64,000 nt of DNA, from NCBI GenBank assembly GCA_951406725.2, contig OX597817.1:136648001-136712000 (forward strand), read 5' to 3'. Each line of letters begins with the position of its first letter. Positions within the stretch are counted from its first letter, which is position 1. The DNA is from Octopus vulgaris (Eukaryota). Under the pieces are notes generated by a model, which saw nothing but the letters and a program-made list of their open reading frames with translations, was not told where the DNA came from and did not search any database. The position numbers and the translations under genes were made by a program. Below, in pieces: positions 1 through 13,338 of the stretch.

Positions 1-595
1 TGGTCATAGCTGGAAGATCTTTCCTCTTAGGCCTGGTCAGGGTTTTAATTAAGGGATTTTATTTAAAAGTAACCACTTTGGATAACTTTCCTAGTTTCTG
101 TAACTACAAGTTAGAAAAACTAGTAAATACATCGAAATATATTCTCTCGATATCCTTTAATGCATTGAAATAATGCACACATGCATGCGCAAGCACACAA
201 ATGCTGACAGGAGCCCCACCATATATTTAAGTACCTCAGTATTATCCTAAACCATACTTTGATGTTCTATTATGCAATCAAAATTCCTGTCCCAGAATAA
301 CTTGTAAGTTAAAGGATCAGTTCCTTTATTTTTTTGGTTCCCTTATTTAGGTAGTTTTGTGTGTGTGTGTATGTATATATATATATATATTTAAGCCAAT
401 CTAGTGAACTCTCCTGCTGCAAGTGACAGACAGGGGCTCCACAACACCTTGCTAAATGACTTGTTTATAATGATCAACTGTTTCTGTTGTACATCTGGAC
501 AGATCTTTACAGACATATAAACTGACACACACATAGCAATGCCCCTGTACTCTTACAAATTTTGGTACGTTATATGCATAAATACATGTACTTCG

Positions 596-952
596 TCTTT
601 TATCTTTCACTTGTCTCAAACATTTACACCATGGCCTTGCTGGGGCACCACCTTGAAGAAATTTAGTCAAATGAATTGACCCCAGTACATATTCAACCCT
701 GGTACTTATTTTGTCAGTCTCTTTTGCTGAACTGCTAAAGCATGGGGAGGTAAACACACCAACACCAGTTGTCAAGCTGCAGTGGCAGACAAGCACACAC
801 ACAAACACACACGACAGGCTTCCTTCAGTTCCCGTCTAGTAAATGCACTCACAGGGCTTTGGTTAGCCTAAGGTTATAGTTGAAGGCAGATGCCCAAGGC
901 ATTATACAGTGGGACTGAACCCAGAACCATATGGTGAGGATGCCAACTTACC
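596..952 (-). mobile_element. SINE family A (tRNA-like head, CORE-like segment, internal CA microsatellite, LINE-derived tail), decayed
   Basis: Reverse complement matches the intact copies at 26530-26902 and 62247: gggttcagtcccactg...ccttgggca...ctgaaggaagcc and tail aaggtggtgccccagc. Confidence 0.85.
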
Positions 953-956
953 CCCC

Positions 957-992
<36 letters not shown>

Positions 993-1383
993 AAGTCATC
1001 TTTAAAGAAATCCATGGCAACATGGATGTTAAATGTTGATGGTGATAACACACACACACACACACGTTGATGTCTGATTATTTTACTTAAGACAATCCAC
1101 TAAATTACATCTTGTATTTCTGTAGCATCAATTTAACATTTTCATCTTTTACATCACCGAATACTTTTCAAAACAAAGGAACTTGAGAAAAATGATACCT
1201 TTATAATTTATTCTAATCTAATGAGGTTATTGTTTAATCTCATTAAGACTATTATTTCTTTAATTGCAACAGCAACAAGGAAAAAAAATAGTTAAAATGT
1301 AAGTAAAATAAAATAAACAAACAAGAAAAACTTAGAAATTGTCATTTGGCTGTTTGTTACTGTAATGTTAATATATATGCTGT

Positions 1384-1399
1384 TGCCACCGCCACCACC

Positions 1400-1453
<54 letters not shown>

Positions 1454-1476
1454 GCTACTGCTGCTGCTGCTGCTGC
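1384..1476. repeat. Compound trinucleotide microsatellite (ACC)n(ACT)n(GCT)n
   Basis: Seen directly. Confidence 0.95.
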
Positions 1477-1687
1477 TTGTTTCAAATTTTGGCACAAGGC
1501 CAGCCATTTTGAGGGCAGGGAGTTTGTTGGTCCCATCATCCCTTGTACATGATTCACTTGATTTCATTGACCCCAGAAAGATTAACGGTGAAGCTGATCT
1601 CAACCAGATTTGAACTTAAAATGTAAAGAGCTGGAAGAAAATCTGCAAGACATGCTGTTCACCATTCTGTTCTGCCAGCTTGCTGCC

Positions 1688-1690
<3 letters not shown>
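1477..1690 (-). mobile_element. SINE family C, decayed
   Basis: Reverse complement of ggcagctggcagaa...gttcaaat...ggggtcaatgaaat...ggccttgtgccaaaatttgaaac; similar to 37499-37730 and 48600-48742. Confidence 0.75.
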
Positions 1691-1724
<34 letters not shown>

Positions 1725-1737
1725 CAATAATAATACT

Positions 1738-1830
1738 ACCTTCTACTATTGGCACAAGGCCTGCAATTTGGTGGAGGGGGATAGTCAATTTCATGGACCC
1801 CAGTGCGTAAATGGTACTTATTTCATTGAT
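1738..1830 (-). mobile_element. SINE family C 3' fragment
   Basis: ccttctactattggcacaaggcctgcaattt...gaccccagt...ggtacttatttcattga, the reverse complement of the 48640-48740 tail. Confidence 0.75.
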
Positions 1831-1854
1831 AATAATAATGATAATAATAATTAT

Positions 1855-2050
1855 TGGTTTCTGATTTTGGGATAACCCCAGCAATTTTATGGGGAAAAAG
1901 ATTAGTAAATTTCATTGGTCCCCTGTTTTTGAAAATTACTTCATTTTATTGACCCTAGAGGGAAGAAAATAGGACCATTCTTGGCAGGATTTGAACTCAG
2001 ACATAAAAATTCAAAACATACTGCACAGAATTGTTTTGAAGCACTAATGA
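1855..2050 (-). mobile_element. SINE family C, strongly decayed
   Basis: ttttattgaccct...ggcaggatttgaactcaga landmarks. Confidence 0.6.
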
Positions 2051-2167
2051 TACTATAAGTGACTGTATTGCTGCTGCTGCTGCTGCTACTACTACTACTA
2101 CTACTACTTTTCACACCAAATAGACTTTATATTTTTTTTATTTGTGTGTTCTTGATTATCCTCCACA

Positions 2168-2199
<32 letters not shown>

Positions 2200-2202
<3 letters not shown>

Positions 2203-2380
2203 GTTGGTGAGATGACAGGATTGTTAGTATTCCAGACAACCATGCTTAGTGGCATTTTATCTGTACATTCTGAGTTCAAATTCTGCCAGGGCCAACTTTA
2301 TCTTTCATTCTTGCCAGAGGTCAATGTAATCAGCTAGCTCTTCCTCTTAAGCCTCATGCCTATAGTAGAAAGAATTAATA
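2200..2380 (+). mobile_element. SINE family C
   Basis: ggtgagatgacagga...ttctgagttcaaattctgcc...ctttcattc...gcctatagtagaaaga, directly after a (TAT)n tract. Confidence 0.75.
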
Positions 2381-3457
2381 TCATTATCACCACAACCATC
2401 ATCATTGTTACCATCCACCACCACCATCACCACCAGGTCTGTCACTGCAGTCACCATCATCCACCACCATCATAGTGACCATCACCACCACCACCATTGC
2501 CACCCATTACCTGCTCTACTATCATCATCATCCACCATCACCACTGCCATAAACCACCACTCTCTCCTTCACTACCATCACCACTATTCCAGTAGTTTTT
2601 TTTTTTTTCCTTTTCTGCCTCCTGCTTATTGACATTAAAGGTGACAATTATATTTCTAATATTCCATGTTCTACAGAGTTCTTTTAGCTGCAGAATGAAG
2701 AGTTTGGTTTCTTAATCTCATTAATGTTTCTAGCTTTGTGTTTCTTTGAAACTGTGTTGGTCACTTTGCAGTGACAGGCACTGAATGATAGACATACATA
2801 AATACATGCACACATGCATATATATTTTATATATGCATGTGTGTCTGTAAAGAGAAGGAAGATATTTTTTTAATAAAAAAATAGGTACTAAAACACATAT
2901 AAAAGATATAGAAAAAAAAGAAAACTCAGCTCTTTTAGAAGATAAGGAAAGTGAGAAGAATACTGTAGGTTATGACTGTTGTTGCTATTGGAATATAAGC
3001 AGGGAGGGAGAGCGGGGAGAAAGAAGAAAAAGAAACAATAGCCATTTTTAGATCAATTGGGGAAAAAAAGAAAAAGAAGATAAAAGAACAAAAATAAAGA
3101 AAAGAAATGGTTATGATTTGAAAGAGAAAGAGATGAAGGGAGCCGAATATTTTAAGTGAACTGTGATTAAAGAGTATTGTTTGCTGACACATTGGCTGTG
3201 AAAACCACTCTTTCAATTAAATAATCTCTAAATCATCAGATGTAGTTGTTACAGCTATTGTCCTCCTCATTACAGCCTCTCCATCTCTCTCTATCACTCT
3301 CTCTCTATTTTTATGTCATTTTCTTTTCTTCTTATTTTCTTCCAAGCTCTTTTTTATTTTTATTTTTCCATTTTTTATCACATGCTCTACTAGACAGTAA
3401 CATTATCATTCATTCACTGATTCACAGACAATTACACCAGCTTATTTCACAGATAAA

Positions 3458-3511
<54 letters not shown>

Positions 3512-4003
3512 GCATATGTGTGTGTGTGCGTATACACATACGCACACATTTTTACACATGACATCTTCCCAATTTCAAACTGCTCTGCTGCTGCTATTAC
3601 ACCTTCGTCTTAACTCAATTTCTTTTTTATTTCACATCTTATTCAGGAAATTATTTAAGGGAATTGGTTGATATGTTTGGGGAAGAATATGACTTTAATG
3701 GAGAAAAATAGGTCTTTAAAATGATCTCAGCTAATTCAGCTGAACTCACTAATAAATTTTGGTCTCGGGATTATTGTTCGTCTTTGGGCGTTGACTCGTC
3801 CGACAATGTTAGTGTTTTGAATTCTGTTGGACTTTGGCAGTGTTCTTGCCTTTTATTATTTGCCTGCATTTGACAGCATCACTTTTGTGTGTATGTGCAT
3901 ATATGTGTGTGTGTGTGCTTGTATATATATGTGTGCATATATACATATATATGCACATATGTATGTATGTATGCATATATGCACATGTATGTATTCATAT
4001 ATG

Positions 4004-4044
<41 letters not shown>

Positions 4045-4197
4045 GCACATACATATGCATATATATGTTAGTATATAGTAGAAGAAAGTATAAACAGACA
4101 AACAACTGGTATCTGGTCAGATTATGATATATATTTAAACATTACTGAATTTATATATGTGTGCATATCTATGGATGTGTATATGTGTGTGTGAGAT

Positions 4198-4405
4198 AAT
4201 CATCGTTGTTTAATGTCTGCTTTCCAGGCTGGAACGGGTTGGATGGTTTGACTGAGAACTGGCAAGCCAGGAGGCTGCACGAGGTTCCAATCTGATTTGA
4301 CAAGCTTTCTACAGCTGGATGCCTTTCCTAATGCCAACCACTCCAAGAGTTTAGTGGGTGCTTTTTACATGTCACCAGCATGGGTGCCAGTCTGGTGGCA
4401 CTGCA
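4198..4405 (-). mobile_element. SINE/retroposon family B (RTE-like 3' tail ending in (GAT)n)
   Basis: Reverse complement of gtggttggcattaggaa.ggcatccagctgtagaaa...ccaaccc...ggaaagcagacattaaac, as in 31905-32092. Confidence 0.9.
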
Positions 4406-4419
4406 TTTATATATATATT

Positions 4420-4490
<71 letters not shown>

Positions 4491-5136
4491 TCTTTATCTT
4501 TTCTATAAAAGACTCATAAAGAAACCAGCCCATCAACATGTAGCATGCCACTGGTTGACTGGACAGAATCATCCAGAACAGACAGTGAAGTAATCTATTG
4601 TCAGCATAGACAGCAATGATGAAGATCAGAATCTGTTGTTGGGTAATTAACAATTCCAATATTAATAAACGTAGATATGAATTTTCCAACAATTGTTTCA
4701 CTGAGAACCTTTATTTAATGCAAGCGTAATACAATATTTTGGATTGTCGTATGTTATGCAATCCTCATGCTCATCAGACATTGCTTAAAACAGAGTTGAA
4801 TAATGACTCTTGGGTAATCGATTGATTCCTAAAGCAAGTGAAGCCAGAATCAAAGTTATCGATATATAACAGAAAAAAGTTGGTATGCTAAAAGAATGAC
4901 AATCAAGAAGGACAGAGAACAAAAGAGGGGATGAAAATATAATTTGCAATTATAGATTGTGAGGTGAAACAAAGTAATAGTGGAGTGTTTTTTTTTACAG
5001 ACAATTGGTACTGAAGACTACATTAACTCACCTAGGCATTTTACAGAGTGGACATTTATAGTGGCTGAAAAGAAACCATTTATCATTTATTTATTTTACT
5101 TATATCTACATTTATATCCACACATGCACACACGTG

Positions 5137-5181
<45 letters not shown>

Positions 5182-5283
5182 CTAAATATGCATGTATATA
5201 TGTATAAGTACGCATATGTATACATATAAATATACATGTGTGTATGTGCTTAGCACTTTATGCTACTTTCAGCTTTACACACA

Positions 5284-5322
<39 letters not shown>

Positions 5323-5327
<5 letters not shown>

Positions 5328-5460
5328 CATCATCATCATCATCATTTAACATCTACTGTCCATGCTATGCTGGCATGGGTTGGATGGTTTGACCAGGGCT
5401 GGTAAGCTGAGGGGCTGCATTGGTCTGATTTGGCATGGTTTTCTATGGCCGGATGCTATT
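5323..5460 (-). mobile_element. Family B 3' fragment
   Basis: (CAT)n-ttaacatc...tgctggcatgggttggatggtttgac. Confidence 0.85.
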
Positions 5461-5940
5461 CCTATTTAAAGCTGTATATGACTGTGGTACTTCCACACTT
5501 AGAGCTTGCATCACCAGTCTGGAACCCCTATCTTGTTCAGTATTTCAATCTCCTGGAAACTGTTCAGAAATGTGCAACCAGACGACTGCCCACTGTCAGG
5601 CATCTACAATACTCTGAATGTCTTGCTTCCCTATCTATGCATGGACACATTAACACTCTGACATCTGGCAACAGATTTGGTAGTCATGCACAAGATTATC
5701 TACCACCTTTCCAACAACAACCTTGGTCACCTTTTTGAATTCCATACATCTAATACTCACAGACATGCTTACAAAATTAAAAAAAACAACAATACAACAC
5801 CCATGACTTTCGGAAACATTTTTTCCTCATCAGAATTGCTGAACCATGGAATAAACTGCCTGCATCAGTCATTAGCAGTTGAGATACTACATTCTTCAAA
5901 TGCTTCCATGCTTCCTGAAATTTGCCTACAGTACACCTAA
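5461..5940 (+). pseudogene. CR1-group LINE ORF2 C-terminal relic (5'-truncated, frameshifted)
   Basis: Translates LYMTVVLPHLELASPVWNPY...LETVQKCATRR...YSECLASL, then after frameshifts RKHFF...PWNKLP. This matches the CR1/L2 C-terminal motifs LY..LVRPHLEY..PVW.P, LE.VQRRATK and WN.LP. Confidence 0.85.
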
Positions 5941-6177
5941 TGTACACCCCTCCCCATTTCTTTCTTGTTTCCTTTCTTATTCACTGTTCACGCTTTGTGC
6001 ATATTCTATGTATGGTTCATGCACTTTTGGTTCCTTTTTCTGATGAGCACTGTATACAATAAGTTCATTATATAAATGATATTTGAATCACTCCTCAAAC
6101 ATTCTTACACCTTTTATTGGAAAAAGTTCAACTGGAATATCATAAAGCAATTTGTGCTTCTATGATGGTATGAAGTT

Positions 6178-6510
6178 CATCATCATCATCAACATCGTTT
6201 AACGTTCACTTTCCATGCTGGCATGAGTTGGACGATTTGACTGAGGACTGGCGAACCAGATGGCTGCACCAGGCTCCAATCTGATCTGACAGAGTTTCTA
6301 CAGCTGGATGTCCTTCCTAATGCCAACCAATCTGAGAGTGTAGTGGGTGCTTTTACGTGCCACTGGCACAAGGGCCAGTCAGGTGGTACAGGCAGAGGCC
6401 ACGCTCAAATGATGTTTTTTACATGCCACCTGCACAGGAGCCAGTCCAGCGGCACTGGCAACAACCTCACTCGAATAAGTTTTCACATGCCGCCGGCACA
6501 AGTGCCAATC
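6178..6510 (-). mobile_element. Family B with three ~60-bp internal modules
   Basis: (CAT)n tail, ctggatgtccttcctaatgccaacc core, repeated ttttacRtgccacyggcaca. Confidence 0.9.
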
Positions 6511-7214
6511 AGAGGAATCATTTCTCTATTAAACTTTAGTTAAAAGAAGAAAAACAAGTAGAATGAATCTGTTTAAAACTAATGTAATTTTCTACCCAGT
6601 CATCGGTATATGGGAGAGATACAATGTTCTACCTGGTTTATAAGAGTATTCAACTAAAGAAAACTTACGTATAGTAAGTAAATAATGATAATAATAATAA
6701 TAATTGGACCATATGTTATATAAAAGACATTTTGCTGGGGTACTATGATTAAAATATGATAGAAAATTTACTTTTCTATATATGCATGTTTAATTTTCAG
6801 GATGTTTTTAGCTGTAAACTTTTATGAGAGTGTAAAAGGAATTTTGATTAAAATGTTTTTAGATTTCTTTGTATAAGTAAATTTTTTAGTTGAGAGTCAA
6901 GGATTTTTTGTTTGTTTATTTTATTTTGTCTCCCATCCTTATAGTTCTGTTGTTTAAGTAATGTGGTAGTGTGACTTTTATGAAGATTGTATCAGTGTTT
7001 TGCATGTTTATCAGAGCATGCAGTCTGGCTTGTAACAACACCTTGCCATACCTGGAGATTTAAACCCAAGTCTCGACTAATTAACTTAACATCCATTCTA
7101 TTATACTTTCATACAAATGAATTATCATTATGGCAATTTTGTGATATCAGTTTGATTCCCAGTTAAGACTGGTTCACCACCTTGCAGTACATACTAATCT
7201 CTCTGATTGTCCCA

Positions 7215-8430
7215 CACCAACAAAGACACCAGCCCTGACAATCTTCCTTCTGTTACCCTCAAACTTTGTGTCCCAGAACTATCCCCAGGATTCTTGAATC
7301 ACTGCTTCTTTACTGAGATCTACCCTGATCTGTGGAATCATGTTACAGTGTGTTCTTTACCTAAGGAATACAACCTGACCCTATAGTCCTATTCTCCTCT
7401 AATATTTCAAACATTCTTGTTAATAGATGTCTACATTAATTAGAACATTATCTGACACCTTGACTGACTCTCTTTCTCTCTCCTTTATGGCTTAAAGAAA
7501 GCTGGTTCCACAGGAATTACTCTCCTTTCTCATCTATCAGATTGCACTATTGTGGTAGATGCACCAGTGCTTCATTTTGGTTCCCTTTTCTATCTTTTAT
7601 ACACCACTGACATACCTATCACCCTCTTTAACTGTGCCCACTCATACGCAAATGACACTGACCCTTCATTGTTTCTTAACTTTTCCCAAACATGTATCAT
7701 CTGCAGAGAAGCATATAACCTGGACACCAACTGCTTCCAAATCTGACTGGATTCTCTTAACAGAAACCTCAAAAGTATCTTCTGATAGAAGCGTTCTTAC
7801 TAATATCAAGAAAGCACCATCATGTCATATCCTGCTGACCATAAGCAGTCTGCAGTTCAAGCTGTCGCAGTCACTTGAAATGTTTGGTGCCATTAATACA
7901 GAGGATCTTTCTTGAGGAAGTTCACCCTTAAATATATCTAGGACAATGTCCCAACACTGGTATTCTCTTTAAAACTAGAAAATATTTCAGCTCTCAGCAA
8001 TTACTGACACCCTATAAAGCTCAAGTGAAGTTTTCAATGGAATGAACATTGCTTTCCCATCTGGGTTGGTGTTACTATTATACACTTAGACATCTGAGAC
8101 TACATCTAAGGAAAGACCACCTTGATTAGCATAGTCACTCAGAAATTCTTCAGCATCTGACCCACAGGTATATTCTCTCTCTCTCTCTCTCTCTACTCTA
8201 CTTGGAGTTGGCTAGTCTCATGACATATCCTGCCAAACAGTTGTGAATGACACTCCTCACCCATGTTGTCTCTACACCAACCAGGCCCAGGCCTTCTTTC
8301 ATTGAATAAGTCCTATGGAACTCCTAACGTGCGCATGTCTTCTCTCTTCAGTCATTGATTTGCAACAGTTTTAGCATTAACGGCATTAATCACAGTCCTT
8401 GGAGATCCAACAAGACTGCATACTCTGCTC
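7215..8430 (+). pseudogene. Heavily decayed non-LTR retrotransposon RT relic (L2/Crack/Jockey-like)
   Basis: Scattered motifs in the expected order: SPDNLP (GPD.IP) ~7230, YSPILL (YRPISL) ~7382, YGLKKAGSTG (YGFR..RST) ~7486, HSYANDT (YADD) 7639-7659, QQLLTPYKAQV ~7995-8027, LWNS ~8313. Confidence 0.75.
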
Positions 8431-8769
8431 CTGTATCTTGACTCACCATGTGAAAATAATGGGGACAAAATGAAAGAAAAAAAAGAAGTATGAAGTACAT
8501 AACGGATTCATTTGGACCTTTTCAGCTTTATACCACAAACCTGGCTCACTAAGTGCTTCTCATGCTTACTTTCAAATATATCACTTGTCTGTGTGTGTGT
8601 GTGTATATTCTTTGTGTGTGTGAATCATTGGTTTACATCTATTTCACCGGATCATTTTTTTTTCTTGCATTAGAATGATGTGTTATTGTTAAGCATTCAT
8701 GTGTAAAGTAGGAGTGAGACTTATTTTGTCAGTCAGACACACAGTTGGTTATGTATACTGGGCAGGAGC

Positions 8770-8804
<35 letters not shown>

Positions 8805-10004
8805 TTTGCTTGTTATTTTGACAGGCAAAAGAAATATTATCACTTTTTACCTCACTCCTGAGTAGACAGATAAAAATGGCCATTTTCTTTCTTTCTTTCT
8901 TTTTTTTTTTGCTTTTGTTTTGCTCTTGCAGCAATTATCTCTTCTATAGTTCTCTTTCAACTAATAATCCATCTCTTAAATTGTTTCAAGCCATTTAATT
9001 TACAACTATACTTTCCTTCCTCCAGCTCTAATAAAAAAAAAAAATTAAAGAACAAAAACAGAAAAAAAAATTTAAAAAAAAAGGAAGTAAAGCAAGAAAC
9101 TCCCAGTAAATCGTGGAGCAGATCAAAGTCCATCAGAGTCTGGAAATAATGACTGTCTTCATAAAGTGCTGTCCTTGTTTTTTTTTTTTTCTTTTGTGTG
9201 TGTGTTTTCGAGGTTTCTGTTGCATCTCACCATTTCGGTGCCTCTTCTTGAACTGAAGGGAGGCCAGTAAATACTGTCTATTGCCAGAGCAGTGCATTGC
9301 TGTTGACCTGTGCTACTTAATTTAATGATATCCTTTGCCATCTGGTTGCAGCCACTTAACACAATTATTTCTGACTGGAACAGTGCTGGCACTGACCTAA
9401 CAGCCCACTTGCAGAGCAATTACAGATTTCTATGAAGTGATGTACATCTCTATTGTTACCCATAGTGAGAGAGAGAGAGAGAGAGAGAAGAACGAGAGTA
9501 GAAAGAAAGTCTTATCATAATAGATAACATTACCATCACTTCCTCCTTTCATTTTTCCCCCCCTGTATTTAGTTTCTTTTCCTTAATATCTCCAACATAT
9601 TTTCCCTTATTATCTACAACCTGCCATAATTCTTATATCAGCAGCTTAGTTTCCCCTTCAAATGCAATATTTTTCAATTCATTAAAATACCTTTTGTGTC
9701 CTTTTGTGTTACAAGAAACTTTTCATGCTTTATTTTCTTACTTTTCTTCATTACTTGCCCCACAGCACTAAATTGGTGACTTACAGGAATACTGAATCTT
9801 TTAGCTTTTTTTTTCTGAATTTCCAATTTAACTTCTGCATACTTTGAACAAATATTGTTTACATTTGCTAAAGTCCCTTGGTTTATAATAAGTATAATCA
9901 ATTAAATGGAATCTCGTTACTAAGATGAAAAGCAAGTGTGACTTCAACATGAATTGAACTTAGTTGAAATGGATAGAAGAAGACTTCAGATTGTGAGTTT
10001 ACAA

Positions 10005-10314
10005 CCCTGGTACTTATTCTATCAGTCTCTTTTGCTGAACTGCTAAGTTAAGGGGATGCAAACACACCAACACAAGTTGTTGGTGTGTTTGTTCCCATTA
10101 CTGTAATGGGAAGCAAACGTGTGCGCACACACACACACAGTCGTGTGTGTGCATGCATATATATATATGATGGGCTTCTTTCAGTTTCTGTCTACCAAAT
10201 CCACTCACAAGGTTGGCCTGAGGCTATAGAAAAAGACACTTGTCCAAGGTGCCACACAGTGAGACTGAACCCAGAACCATGCGGTGAAGAAGCAAGTTGC
10301 TTACTCACGGTCAC
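10005..10314 (-). mobile_element. SINE family A (tail missing)
   Basis: gggcttctttcagtttctgtctaccaaatccactcacaagg...gacacttgtccaaggtgccacacagtgagactgaacc. Confidence 0.9.
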
Positions 10315-10714
10315 ATCTTGCCATTATTAATGTTTGGTAGGAGGCTACACATGTAAACTTTGAATCTTAATTGAGATTTTTGGATGAATTGTCCAAAATA
10401 CATATTTTTTTGATGGCAAAATAGGAGTTGAAATGATGTTTTGAGCATAGCTCTTCATCTGAAAGAGGAAAAAATCCAGAGAGGAAGAAAAAAAAAAAAG
10501 GAGCTGATAGTCTGGAGGAAAGCTTGTGTGTCATTGTATGGCTGAAAAATAGCTGAGTGGAATATGAAGCGAGAGAGAGAGAGATGGAGAATGTGGTTTT
10601 TGAAGGTAGGAGAGTGCAAAAATCGCCATTGTGTGTGTGTGATACTTATGAGTGTATCCATCCATCCACACACACACACACACATTACTAAGTCTATCTC
10701 CCTTGTTAGTTTGC

Positions 10715-10880
10715 ATACTCTCAGAGTGGTTGGCATTAGGAAGGGCATCCAGCTGTTGAAACTTTGCCAAATCAAATTGGAGCCTGGTGCAGCCTTCTGG
10801 CTGACCAGTCCTCTGTCAAACCGTCCAACCCATGCCAGCATGGAAAGCAGGCATTAAACGACGACGATGATGATGATGTA
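10715..10880 (+). mobile_element. Family B 3' part
   Basis: gagtggttggcattaggaagggcatccagctg...ccaacccatgccagcatggaaagc...(GAT)n. Confidence 0.9.
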
Positions 10881-11555
10881 GTTCTCAGTTTTAATGACTA
10901 TTTTTGCCTGATATATAACTGGTATTCTGTTATGTATGCTACAAATAGTAGCATATATAACAGCTAATACCCTCGTTCTGTTTCTTCTGATTCAAATTTT
11001 CAGCTTTTGCCAAAACTGTTTTTACCTGAGCTGAAACAACAAGTAGCAGCAATATATTTATTTTCTTTATAATATTTAAATAACCAACTTAGTCGAAAAA
11101 TTGGAAGAAATTAGAATATCAAATTTTGCATCAGAAATTTCATAGATTATTTATTCTTTTTCCATTTTCCTATACTTTTTTTTAAGCTGTACCACATGAC
11201 CAGAGAAAACTCTATAGTAAGCAGTTGGACTAAATTAGAAAGATAGTCGAGATATTGATAGAGATAAACATTTCTGTCAGTCAAGGAATAAGTTTATTTT
11301 AGTCCTTAGTAATAGAAATTTCTCTCTGATTTAGAAAGTTAGATGTGATTATTGAATGCAAAATTGATGGCAGCGATAATGGTAGAAGTGGTGTTGATGG
11401 TGGTGGTGGTGTTGGTGGTAATCAGGATGTTGGATGAGAATTATAATCATAGAGGAAAATTTAAATGAAATTTTCAAATTTACATCAGATAGCAACTCTT
11501 GGAGATATAAAATATAATTTTTACCAAATAAATATAGCAAATATCAAGTATGTTG

Positions 11556-11611
<56 letters not shown>

Positions 11612-11734
11612 TGTAATGTATGTGTATATATTATATGTGAGTGTGTGAATACTGTGTTTTTCTGATCAGGCAGTGAACCAGGAGTATGCCAATAAGCACG
11701 TGAGCACAGCCTTTTCAGTCTTCAATCTAGATCT

Positions 11735-11810
11735 CTGCACACTCAGTTCAATCCCAACGAGGTCAGTTTTACTTTTCAATCCTTGGACTCGATAAATAAA
11801 GTACTGAGAT
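11735..11810 (+). mobile_element. SINE family C fragment
   Basis: gttcaatcccaacgaggtcagttttacttttcaatcc...gataaataaagtact. Confidence 0.55.
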
Positions 11811-12919
11811 TGACTCTCTTCCTTTTCTGTCTGCCTGTCTGTCTCTTTGTCTCTCTCTTTTTCTGTCTGTCTGTCTCTCTCTCTCTTGTACTGACTATTA
11901 TATTATGGCTAGACATGTCTGTACACCACTCGGTTGCTTCCACATTAATTTCGCCACCAAATGCTCATCATCATTAACACTGACAGTGAATTGTCTAACC
12001 TTTTACTAATTATTAATACAAGCTGATTCTTCAGAGTTTATCCTCTGGTGGTGTTCAATCTCCAGCTAGTTGAAAGTGATAAAACCTTTTTTTCTATTCA
12101 AATTTTCTGAACCAAATTTCCAATCTACCATTCTTAATCTTTACTTTCACTTTCCATTCGTCTCATATTTTTATTTTCTCAAATTATTTTGCACTTTCTC
12201 AAAATAGAGAAATAACCACAAAACTTCTCAGTAAACATTTGCTGACAAGAGGAGAGACTGATAAACATCAGTTGAGGTCTCTATCCCATCATCCAAGCTG
12301 TTACAGTTGCATTTTTGATGAAGGTTTTTTTTTAATATAAACTCAGGCCTATTACCCATTTTTTTAAAGCGGGTTTAGCCACAACAAGACACACGCCAGA
12401 CATTTCCATTCATTTCCCAGCTCAAATCACCTCAGCATTCGTCTATCCATTTTGGTTAGTTTTTCTCTCATTCCTGCTCAGCTTTGCACCATTAAAAATC
12501 TTGTCCTTTTCAAGACAACAAGAAAAAGACAATATTTTTAATGGTGGAATATCCTTATCTCTAAGCAGGAGCCCTCAATGCCATAAACTCATCACTGTAA
12601 ATATTGCCAGTTCTGATTTGTTGCTTTGCTATTCTAAGTGCAATCTCTCCCATAGTGATGTTTCATGTGCTGGACCATTATTTCATATCTGATGAATCTC
12701 TATATCTGGTCCTCGAGATAAGCCACCAACAAGTCTCATAGACCATTGCAGTTAATAAAAAAGAATTAGAAAATTTTAAATCTATAAAACCTCCCACTTA
12801 ACTGCCATATGGCAAATGGATTTCTCTCCAATGTGTGAATGCTAATCTTCATAGTATAGGTTTTCAAAACCAGCATTTCTTGGGTCAACTTAAAAAAAAA
12901 CACATCTCAATTGATAGAA

Positions 12920-13130
12920 AATTGTCTGTTAGGAGTATTAATACAGAATGGTATACGTTGATGTTATTAAGGATTAGTTCCAGTCTCCCGATGGTTTGTC
13001 CCTGTATATGCTGAGTTCAAATCCAGTTAGGTTTGACTTCTTCCCCAGAATCTGTAGAATAAGTACCAGACATGTTCTTGGGTTTATTCCGATTAGATTT
13101 AAAACTTCTGTTCTTATATTCTTTGCTAGT
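12920..13130 (+). mobile_element. SINE family C, strongly decayed
   Basis: ctgagttcaaatcc...aataagtaccag landmarks. Confidence 0.5.
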
Positions 13131-13307
13131 TATAATCAATTTATTGCTGGCTCATAGATATATATATATCATTTTTTTATGGGGTTGTTATTTCATTAGA
13201 ATTTTGTTGGATATTTCAAGTCTGTGAATTCAAAAATAATCTTTGATTTATTTTATGACTTGTTAACAGTTGCAACAGTCACCCACAAAATGGTGAATAT
13301 GTGTGTG

Positions 13308-13338
<31 letters not shown>

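Noticed and set aside
1292-1884. Poly-S/T/L/I ORFs
   Set aside because: Trinucleotide microsatellites and SINE read-through
12560-12660. Minus-strand peptide MGEIALRIAKQQIRTGNIYSDEF
   Set aside because: Short, stop-bounded, no splice signals or recognisable family
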